Below are positions 1 to 8,947 of a DNA stretch of 15,698 bases, piece after piece. A model generated the notes under the pieces. It was not told the DNA's origin. It did not search any database and worked only from the letters and a program-made list of their open reading frames with translations. The stretch is from assembly GCA_051294375.1 (NCBI GenBank), contig JBJCIZ010000064.1, positions 30,765 through 46,462 of the forward strand, in the 5' to 3' direction. Positions within the stretch are counted from its first letter, which is position 1; every line of letters starts with the position of its first letter. The translations under genes and the position numbers were made by a program. The stretch comes from Paraspadella gotoi (taxonomy: Eukaryota > Animalia > Chaetognatha).

Positions 1-1059
1 TCTTTAATTTTTATTGTTTCAGATTTTTCGTAAAAAATTAAACCAAAAATATAAAACAAGTTATCATAAATTTTTTTGTCTTCAGTGTCAAAATTTGAAA
101 AAAAGGTCAAAATTCTCAACTTTTTAACTCTCTGAAATAGTAACTACAGTGTGTCCCAATGGTACAGTCAGTTAACTTTTACATATTGTGCGGAACTTTG
201 TTATTAAATGTTATTTCTGAGATAACAATGTCCAAGATAAGTTCTTACCATTTATGATACTATTTTTTATAATTTTTTCTTTGCAGAACATTCAATTTAA
301 ATGAGTCATCATTTCTCACTTTTTTAATTTTTAGATACTTTTTTTACTTTAAAATAAATTTTATTAAAAAAATTATGTAAAAAAATATTTTGAATAGATA
401 TAAATTATTTCAATTTTAATTTGTATAAAATAAGTGCATTAATAAAAGAAAAACAAATATTAAAAACAATATAAAAATTTATCAAAATATGCTAATTAAT
501 TTGATATTTAAATTTTATTATTTGAAGTTGTGAGCGATTGAATCATTAAGCCAGAACAAAATGGTTGCTATTTATTCATAAATTATTATTAAATCAATTA
601 AAAAAGTAATATGAACAAGGTAAGTAGATAATTTTAAAAATAATGATTATTGCATTATAAAAGCTCTGGAGCTAAAAAATATAAAGTTGTTTCTTACTGT
701 CCTGCACCTAAAGAAAAGATTTAAAACATTATTTAATCAATATTATAAAAAATATTTGATAAATAATAAAAATATATAATTTTAAAATTTTTTTAAAAAA
801 TCGCTGGAAAAATATTTTTACCAATTGCTTTATGTAATAACTACAGGAGTTTGCTTTGTTCAATTTTTAAAATTTTGGTATCCTATAAAATGGTCCATAC
901 TAAGCCAATGGATTGTGCTGAACGATTATGGACGTGAGGCGGTGTGATATACCGCCACAGGATCCCCGGGCCAAAGCATCACTCAGGTTCCTCAAGCCTG
1001 AGAGGTGTCTGACAAGACTGTTACCATAGTCGGAGAGAGTGATAGAGCACGAGTTGTGG

Positions 1060-1153
1060 GGCATAGGAGTTTGTTGTAGCGTACCCAGGGCATAAGGGTT
1101 TGTCATAATGTACCCAAAGTCAGCAGGTCATAGGCGTTTGTCATAGCGTACCC
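1060..1153. repeat. Three 27-bp direct repeats
   Basis: GGCATAGGAGTTTGTTGTAGCGTACCC (1060-1086), GGCATAAGGGTTTGTCATAATGTACCC (1089-1115), GTCATAGGCGTTTGTCATAGCGTACCC (1127-1153). Confidence 0.88.
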
Positions 1154-1770
1154 TTTAAATAAACCAAACCAAACATAATAAGTACTGACATACTAACACA
1201 CTAACATAAAATGACATATGAATCTAAAGGACAAATGATTTAAAAAATGATAAGTATGAATTTGATATAATTGACTTGGGTAAATTGACTAACGTAAAAA
1301 AGATGTAAATAACCAATCACCAATGACCAATAACCATGACCTAAATTTGACATAAAGTTTAGTAAACTGAAACTGTCATGAATTTAAAGTAAACTAGAAG
1401 TGAAGCGAATAAATTATAAAATAAACTAAAAGGGGTAATAAATAAATGGCATAAATTGTAATATAATTAAGATAAATACCATAAATGATGCACTTGTCTT
1501 AAAATACGTTAATGTTAAATGTATTTTACGTACACTTATTTAATATAATTGTAAATGTGTCACTATGAAGCAATTAAAAAAAAAAGGTTTAATTTTTAAG
1601 GAAAAAATATTTTACTAAGTCACGGCTTAACATTTGGATTATGCAAATGATAATTTGGATTTGATTTCAAATCATATACTGAACAAACAAGAGACAACGT
1701 TTTAATAAAGCTGAAAAAAATTAATATTATTTTTCATTTTTATCACTTTTATTATTTCCAAAAATTTTCT

Positions 1771-1947
1771 TGGAGCTGGAGTTGGAACTTTTTTTGCCCG
1801 CTCCGACTCCAGCTCCAGCCAAGATGAAATCTCAGCTCCAGCTCCAGCTCCCGCTCCGGTAGGAAAATAAATTCAGCTCCAGCTCCAGCTCCGGCCAAAA
1901 ATGCCAGCTCCGGCAGCTCCGACTCCAGCTCCAGCTCCACATCCCTG
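1771..1947. mobile_element. One end of a hAT-like MITE with (GCTCCA/GCTCCG/ACTCCA)n subterminal hexamers
   Basis: Hexamer arrays ending ...CTCCACATCCCTG (minus strand CAGGGATGTGGAG, a CAG-type terminus); internal IR 1771-1786 vs 1802-1817. No partner terminus found, so the superfamily is inferred. Confidence 0.55.
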
Positions 1948-2209
1948 ATGGGAACAATCGTCACAAAATTGTCGCAAGCGCAAACGCAAGTGATTGCAAT
2001 GATAAAAAATTCTGCTTTGATTGGATTTTGCTGACCTACCAAACTTAGAGTCTTAGAGGTATACTATAAGATTTTGCCGGTTTCAGAGATGGTACTTTTT
2101 TTGCCTCTTTCACATCCTCTCTGCCCTACCGTCAATTAACAGCTGGAAATTAAAAATAAAACCTTTAAAAAGAAACCAAAATCTAGTTTTTCTCGAACAT
2201 ATGGAATTA

Positions 2210-2428
<219 letters not shown>

Positions 2429-2633
2429 CCATAACGAGAATATTGGCAGGCTTGAGGTCCCGGTGCAGGACCCAGTTAGAGTGAAGGTAGTGTATTCCGT
2501 CAAGGATCTGATAAAGGAGACTCTTTACCATGGCGGGAGGCTTCTGCAGCGGCTTCTTGTTGGCTTTGGCCGCCCGATGAAACTTGATGATGTGCCACAG
2601 GTCGTGCTCGGCGAAATCAAAAAGAAGCCAAAC
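2429..2633 (-). CDS. CDK8: CDK8 (CDK8/19 family Mediator kinase), internal exon with catalytic loop
   Basis: Manual minus-strand translation gives [68 protein letters not shown]+G, near-identical to animal CDK8 as I recall it. 205 bp; preceded by a polypyrimidine tract and ttttgAG; followed by donor GTGAGA (phase 1). Confidence 0.96.
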
Positions 2634-2787
2634 CTCAAAAGAGCGGAGAAAAAATATTATAAAGCAAACTCTATCGGAATGGCGGAGAATTTGAACACAT
2701 GAAACCGAAAAGATCAGGTAGGGTAAAAGCCGACGTCGTTCTTAGAGATCGAGAAAGATCTTTTCCTGTCTTCACTTATTCTTTTAA

Positions 2788-3162
2788 TTCTTATGAGGCC
2801 CGGATCGCGCTTAATAGCTATTACCGATTTAAAGCTTAGTACTATGCGTAGTTCAAATACTTATTGGATCCAAACGAGTTCGATTTGAAGCGAAAGTTGA
2901 TCCATTTGAAGCGAGATTTTCGCGATCGTTTTATTGCCAGAACTTTTGAACGGACTATCCGATTTTGATGAAATTTTGCATGTAGAAAATATTTTAAATT
3001 TCCTATCGATCGGTACCAAAAAAATTTAAAAATACTAAATAGTTTAGAAACGATGTTCATCCCCATATAAGTGAATGCCCGACAAGGTTGGGGGGGCGGA
3101 CCGACGGACCGACAAAGTGAATTAAAGAGCCGGAATCTGCTGTTAGCAGGTCCGGCTAAAAA
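2788..3162 (-). mobile_element. Family A terminus (copy A1, ~3066-3162) joined to a different repeat body (2788-3070)
   Basis: 3066-3162 aligns with 8995-9096 and 3896-3987 (GGGGGCGGACCGAC..GACAAAGTG, hairpin 3128-3157). 2788-3070 aligns instead with the reverse complement of 4337-4628. Confidence 0.65.
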
Positions 3163-3328
3163 GGAAAAGGAAAAAAAGCTAAGAAGAAAAAAAAAGAAAA
3201 TTAAAAGTACTGAATGAGAATAAGTGAATATAAAAAAAACAAAAATATTTGAAACCAAAAGAGATTGGAGCAAAAGAAGGGTTGAAAAAAAAGGGGGAAA
3301 AAAAAAAGATGAGACGGAGAGGAAAGGA

Positions 3329-3987
3329 AACAAGTTTGAGCAAACTTGACGGTCTGCCTACGATAATTAAGTGGTATTAAGCTAATCAGACGATAAATCA
3401 CGATAATTCTTTCAATTTGTGATCTTAACTGATCATAAGTTTGGTATGTTACGATCTGTTATGACATAACAAATCGTAACATACCAAAGTAGTGGCTGCG
3501 CCAATTCATGTAAATCGCTTGCAAGGGATTAAACTGAACTGTTACTATGGTACAAACATAATTTTTTAACTATTATTATTTTTTCAACTTGCATCATTTT
3601 TTCACTTCAATTAATTAATTCAAAAATTTATGAGGAAGCCTAATAAAAAATTAAAGTCAGCTTGACTTTGTTTTTTCCATTTAAACTCTTTTCTACTCGC
3701 ACGCTTCCATCGAAAGTTCATATCTAGCTCAATCACACATTTCCTTACCCACACACAAATTTCATTCCAATCCATCCATCAATCACGAGTAATTGGAGTT
3801 TTTTGCTAAGGTGGGATGGATGGACAGACAGACAGATGGACGGACATCGTTTTTTTTTTTTGCATAATTTATAATAATTCGATTTTTCTGACATGATATA
3901 TGTGAATGCCAGACAAGATTGAGGGGGCGGACCGACAAAGTGTATTATAGAGTCGGGATCTCCTTATAAGCAGATCCGACTAAAAAA
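3329..3987 (-). mobile_element. Helentron/HINE-like non-autonomous element, family A (apparently complete copy A2)
   Basis: Minus strand begins TTTTTTAGTCGGATCTGC hairpin (3951-3981) then CTCTATAAT; has a (GTCY)-type microsatellite (~3815-3846); ends with a degenerate subterminal IR, stem-loop CAAGTTTG/CAAACTTG (3331-3348) and CTTGTT. This is the architecture of DINE-1/HINE elements. Confidence 0.75.
3440..3488. repeat. 49-bp near-perfect palindrome
   Basis: TTTGGTATGTTACGATCTGTTATG-A-CATAACAAATCGTAACATACCAAA: 24-bp arms, 1 mismatch, 1-nt spacer. Confidence 0.95.
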
Positions 3988-4336
3988 GTTTGGGATCGAG
4001 TATCGGAATTTGGTTTTAATAGATACATAAATCTTAACCATACCATTTGTTGATGCGCTTTTGTTTTTACCGTAATAGTAAACTATATAATCGCAGGAGG
4101 ATAGGAGGATCGGGTGATCGTCGTCAGAATGGAATCTCGAACGCTGAATGGCCCGGAATCGACCAATCAGCTTGCGAGAACGATGGAACTGTCAAAATCA
4201 CTCTTGCCTCTGTCTCTGGCTCTGATCCTGTCTTTTGTTATAAATAGTCGTAGCCATTTTGCTCGTCATAATGTTGTGCTTCGGCAAAAATCGCCAATAA
4301 AAAATGGATGAAACTGAATTCTTAAACAAACCCATC

Positions 4337-4628
4337 ATATGGGGGTGCCAGTCGTTTCGAAACTAGACGTATTTCCTATATAAATTTGGTACCGTTGGAA
4401 AGAGAATGGCGAAATTAGCCGAAATCCAAAATTTCATGTAAATCGGACTAAGCGTTCAAAAGTAATCGGCAAAAAAAGACCGCGAAAAACGCGGTCTCGA
4501 GGGATCAACTCGCGCTATTTAAACCGATTTCGTTTTCGATCTACAAAGAAAGTACTACGTAGTTCAATTCATTAGAACGCCGAATTTCAGCCTAAGCCTC
4601 GTATGAATGATCAGGGCCTCATAAGAAA
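4337..4628 (+). repeat. Diverged inverted copy of 2788-3070 (DNA-element body)
   Basis: Collinear shared blocks in reverse complement: TTCTTATGAGGCCC.GATC, AGTTGATCC, ACTTTTGAACG, TCCGATTT, ATGAAATTTTG, CGGTACCAAA, TAGTTT.GAAACGA, CCCCATAT. Confidence 0.75.
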
Positions 4629-4957
4629 TGACTGAAAAAATTGTAGTCAGCAGAAAATGAGAATACCGAAGTAAACAAAATAAAGGTGAAGATACATTAT
4701 TTTGTACGATATATGCAAAACTAACTTGGCAAATAAATGACTAAAAATGAGTAATAAAATGAGACGGGAGGAAAAGTTAAAATTATAGGGAAACGCTTAA
4801 AAAAGGATTAAGAGAAAAAACAATTAAATTGAATCTTTAGTGATTAGTGTTTAAAATAATAAGAGAGAAAACTTCCAAAAAATATTTAAAAAAGGACACT
4901 GGTGAGGTGGTGAGGTGGTGAGGATAGCTGAAATTGAGGACAGATAAGTTTAAGTAG

Positions 4958-5425
4958 AGTGAATAAGAAATGAAAAATAGTCAATTTCAGAGAGAGCATT
5001 TAAATTACCTAAGGCATTAACCAAGTAATATAATTATAAACTTTGAATTCAACAAAATCTATTTTTCAGTTAAATTTTTAAATAAAAATAATTTAAATAA
5101 ATACTCAATTAATATAAAATTAAAATTTGGTAAAGTTTTAAATATTTTCAGTAAGAGAAATAAAATAAAATTATAAGAATAAGAAAGGAATGACCAGCTA
5201 TTTTGAGCTCTTTATTATTTTTATAATTTCACTTTCTCTTAGTGTAAATCTTTATTAAATTTCCATTTTAATTTGATTTAAATTTAATTTAAAAATTAAA
5301 CTTATTTCACTTAAAAAACTTGAAAATAGATAATTGTTCCCTTCAAAGTTTAAAATAATATTACTCTGTTAATATCTTTGCTCTCAGTCTCACTGAAATT
5401 GATTATTTTTCATTTTTGATTCACT
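4958..5425. mobile_element. Degenerate ~470-bp palindromic (MITE/foldback-like) element
   Basis: AAATGAAAAATAGTCAATTTCAG (4968-4990) vs CTGAAATTGATTATTTTTCATTT (5393-5415); nested inverted blocks CTTTGAA/TTCAAAG, ATCTATTTT/AAAATAGAT, TAAGAGAAA/TTTCTCTTA; centre ~5195. Termini not resolved. Confidence 0.7.
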
Positions 5426-6196
5426 ATCAAGTGCGTATTTATAAAACAATTTTGTTAGACTTTTTCCTTCCAGATTACATTAAATATTAAAAAATTTAAG
5501 GCTTGATAAACGTACCGTGGTTTACTCGGAACAATAAACATCTGCTCTGATCATGATCAGATCAGGTACAGTCACAAAGAATTCTTTACTCTAAATTATT
5601 TAAATTTAAAATCTTGAACATTTAGCTGTTTTTACTGGCTTAATTCATCAAAAATTGGTAGCTCAAAGTTGCAGTTATAAGGTAGAATTTATTTGGCATT
5701 AAAAATCAGAATTATAAACAGTTAAACTAATTATCATTGATTTGATTACAAAATTGAAAATTTAAAGTCCAAACTTTGAAAATTTAACTTGGAACCGCGG
5801 ATTGCAAAGACGACGTTTGGAGTGATTTACTATGAACCTTAATATCAAAAATAAAGGAATAAATAAACTACAGGGCATTACAGCATAGTTTCATATATAA
5901 CTTTTGTTTATCTACTCCCCCATATGAAATAAACCGACAAATTTTTGAAACAATATTTTATTGAAAACTTTATTAATACAATAATTAATTAAAACGACTT
6001 GGTAAGTTTTGCGCTTACCTGTCATTAAATCATATACCAATGGTAATCTGTAAATTAAATTAAAAATGACATTATTTGACGGTATTATTATTATATGTGT
6101 TTCTAAATACTTAGGCAATATGCATATTCATGAGAATAGAACAGATAGGTCATTGAATTATATGCACAAGTACTCTCAGTACTACTTAGTACTTAC

Positions 6197-6348
6197 ATAA
6201 GTTAGGACTGGCTGGTCCATCCTCCAAAAATACGTGAAAATCCTCTTTGGTGAGCAGCTTTGTTTGGGACGAAATCATCGTCAGACAAGATTTTATGGTC
6301 AGTGGAACGCGATGAAATAAAAAATTTTTTCTCTCTCTGTCTTTGAGT
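6197..6348 (-). other. Candidate internal exon of unknown identity
   Basis: Acceptor CTTCTTTACAG, donor GTAAGT, 152 bp with one open frame (LKDRERKNFLFHRVPLTIKSCLTMISSQTKLLTKEDFHVFLEDGPASPNL); no homology recognised. Confidence 0.3.
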
Positions 6349-6398
6349 CTGTAAAGAAGTACCTTTAATTAATAGGGTTACTTTTACTTTCGCCAACC

Positions 6399-6461
6399 GG
6401 GGTTAGGGAAGGGTTAGGGTTAAGGGTGGTTTAGGGCTTTAGGGGCTTTAGGGCTTTAGGG
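6399..6461 (+). repeat. Degenerate telomere-like tract (TTAGGG / CTTTAGGG), G-quadruplex-prone
   Basis: GGGGTTAGGGAAGGGTTAGGGTTAAGGGTGGTTTAGGGCTTTAGGGGCTTTAGGGCTTTAGGG. Confidence 0.85.
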
Positions 6462-6574
6462 ATGAAAATCGCAAATTTCTCCCGAGCGTAAAGTCGTGAA
6501 AATCTAGAGAAAAAGGCATGATGGTTAAATATACTTTAACAAGTTTGAGCAAACAATGTCGGATCTGCCTACGA

Positions 6575-6655
6575 TAATTAATTAATTAATGATTAATTAA
6601 TTAATTAATAGATTAATTAATAGATTAATTAATTAATTTTAATAATTAATTATAA
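6575..6655. repeat. (TTAA)n tract; a second one lies at ~8440-8512
   Basis: Direct reading. Confidence 0.9.
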
Positions 6656-6754
6656 TTTATATTCAGCTTGTCATCATCGATGTCCTTAAAATTGAGTCAG
6701 GACAGTTATTAAATGTTTTGTTTACATTTTATCAAAACAAACAAATATCCTCTA

Positions 6755-7812
6755 TTATCGAGCCAGGCGGGCAAAGCCCGTCCAGGCTAGATTTTGATTC
6801 GGTTTAGCTTTCGGTCACGCTTTTTTGCAATCATGGCTTCTGAAAGTGTGATATCATTGGGAGTTGAAATTTCATATATGGCTTCTAAGATCAAGATCTT
6901 TAAAATTCTCATGTTTGATATCAATATTCGTATTTGTTTATGTTTTATTTACAAAACAAAAACGTTTTAATTATATGTCGCTCTCTCTCTCTCTTCTTTT
7001 AAATATTCGCTCTCTCTCTCTCTTTTTCTCCGTCACTGCTTCTTCTGATTTGTCTAAAAACGAGTTCCGGCTCTGCAGCGTCTGTCCAGCTTCTTTCTCT
7101 CTCTCTCTTTCTTTTTTTTTTTTACAAAAAAAATGTAGATATAATGTGGGCTCACTAATGTAACGAGTAAAGGGGCTGTAGAGCTTCTCTCTCTCTCTCT
7201 TTAATTATTATATATCGCTCTTTCTCTCTCTCTTTTTCTCTGCAGCGGCTGTCCTCTCTCTCTCTTTTTCTCTCTGTGTGTGTCTTTCCCTCTCTGTCCG
7301 ATCTCTTGCGTGATCGTTTGTTTTTTGAAAAATTCTGATTATTTTTTTCCTTCTAAAAATTTTTATTATTACCATTTATTCCGCGCTTTTTTTCAATACA
7401 AAATCCCATATTTTCATCCGAGATTTTCGTGGATTTATTCTCTTTCTCTCTCTCTCTCTCTCTCACTTTCTCTCTCTCTCTCTCTCTCTCTCTTTCACTC
7501 ATACACGCATTTGATTGTTTTATTGACTATCATCGCATCAATGAATGACAATCATCGCATCAGTGAATGACTATCATCACAGCAGTGAATGACTATCATC
7601 GCATCAATAATTGATTATCATCGAATCAATAATCAATTCCTATTACATCAATAAATTACTATTACATCAATCAATTAGTATTACCTCAATCAATTACTAT
7701 TACATCAATAATTCGTTATCGCATGATCTTATTCGTTTTTTTCCCGGGTTTTTTCATTAATTTTCTTTGATAGTGGGATCTGGCTCGATCTTGAGTCTTT
7801 TAAGATTTTTTT
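6755..7812 (+). mobile_element. Helentron/HINE-like family B copy B1, nested in A3
   Basis: Starts TTATCGAGCCA plus GC hairpin (6761-6788). Subterminal IR TGGCTCGAT (7781-7789) is the reverse complement of 6757-6765 and is followed by stem-loop ATCTTGA/TTAAGAT and a T run. Interior shared with 12413-15015. Confidence 0.72.
7524..7712. repeat. Minisatellite: five 22-bp units followed by four related 19-bp units
   Basis: TGACTATCATCGCATCAATGAA-type x5 (7524-7633), then TTACTATTACATCAATCAA-type x4 (7637-7712). Confidence 0.9.
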
Positions 7813-7977
7813 ATTTTGTATCTCCTCTCTCTCTCAATCTCTCTCTCTCTCTCTCACTCTTTCTCTCTCACACTCTTTCTCTCTCTCTCTCTCTTTTTAT
7901 GCAATAGCGACGATCCTTATGCTTTTAAGATTTTTTTAACTTGCATCATTTTTTCAACTTGCATCATTTTTTCAACT

Positions 7978-8890
7978 TGCATTCCGTCAAACTTTATATC
8001 TAGCTTCTTCACTCACTTTCCTACTGGCTCACAAAATTTCATCTCAATCTATCATGGGTTAAAATAAATAAAAAGATTCAAGTAAATGTGACTCATATTT
8101 TTTTCATTAAACTCATTTCCACTGGTACGTTTCCACTGAAACTTTATATCACGCTTCGTCACACATTTTCCTACCCACACACAAAATTTCAACTCAATCT
8201 ATCCTTCCAATTATGATTAATTAGAGTATTTATTGGTTAAAATAAGTAAAAAGATTTTAGTAAATTCGACTTATGTTTTTTCCATTTAAACTAATTTTCA
8301 CTCACACGATTCCATCGAAACTTTATATCCAGCTTTATCACACACTTTCCTACTCACACACAAAATTTAATTCCAATCCAACCAGCAATCACGAGTTATT
8401 GGAGCTTTTTGCTAGAGATGGGACGGATGGACGGATTGATTGACTAATTAATTAATTATTGATTAATTTATTTACTAATTGATTAATTAACTGATTAATT
8501 ATTTGATTTATTAATACATCCTGCATATACATTTAATATAAAAGAAAAAAGAAGCATAATCAATTAGTAGAATAGGTTTTTTTGTTTTTTTCCATTTAAA
8601 CTCATTTCCACTCAAACTATTCCATCAAAACTTGATTTCCTGTTCAATCACACACTTTCCTACCCACATACAAAATTCCAGGTCAATCAGCCCATCCACT
8701 TCATGAGCAATTGGTGTTCAAATAGTGAATATATTTTTTTTTGTTTTTTCCATTTAAACTCATTTCCACTCGGACGATTCCATCGAACTTCATATCCAGC
8801 TCAATCACACACTTACCTATCCTCACACAAATTTCATTTAAATCCATCCATCCAATCACGAGTAATTGGTGTTTTTTGCTAAGGTGGGAC
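7978..8890. repeat. Tandem array of about five diverged ~130-180-bp units inside A3
   Basis: Unit TTTTTCCATTTAAACTCATTTCCACT...ATCACACACTTTCCTACCCACACAAAATTTC...AATCACGAGTAATTGG at about 7978 (partial), 8098, 8275, 8585 and 8743; a single copy in A2 at ~3670-3815. Confidence 0.88.
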
Positions 8891-8947
8891 GGACGGACGG
8901 ACGGACGGACGGACGAACGGACGGACGGACAGACAGACGGACGGACA
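8887..8947. repeat. (GGAC)n/(AGAC)n microsatellite
   Basis: Direct reading; GTCY-type tracts are a hallmark of DINE-1/HINE elements. Confidence 0.95.

Noticed and set aside
145-157. TA-CAGTGTGTCCC, a Tc1/mariner-like tip
   Set aside because: No partner inverted end found; 1-880 looks like decayed DNA-element sequence but cannot be delimited.
655-672. Minus-strand APELL resembling the next CDK8 exon
   Set aside because: Lacks the preceding YR, is followed at once by TAA, and sits in AT-rich repeat-like DNA.
1060-1153. 27-bp repeats as a CRISPR array
   Set aside because: Spacers only 2 and 11 bp, repeats diverged, eukaryotic context, no cas genes.
1752-2042. ORF with ELELE/AGAGA runs
   Set aside because: Translation of the GCTCCA hexamer array.
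2463-2702. 79-aa plus-strand ORF
   Set aside because: Antisense shadow of the CDK8 exon.
2740-2790. Minus-strand SEDRK and EKIFL resembling the end of the upstream CDK8 exon
   Set aside because: Different frames, nearby stops and no GT donor; chance similarity.
2842-3401. Phe-rich ORFs sharing RSVGPPPQ with the 8701-9162 ORF
   Set aside because: The shared peptide only reflects the family A terminus; the rest is low-complexity A/T sequence.
4085-4311. GC-richer segment with two short ORFs
   Set aside because: No recognisable protein or convincing splice pair.
5515-5800. Weak inverted symmetry (CCGTGGTT/AACCGCGG) and palindrome CTGATCATGATCAG
   Set aside because: Too degenerate to call by eye.
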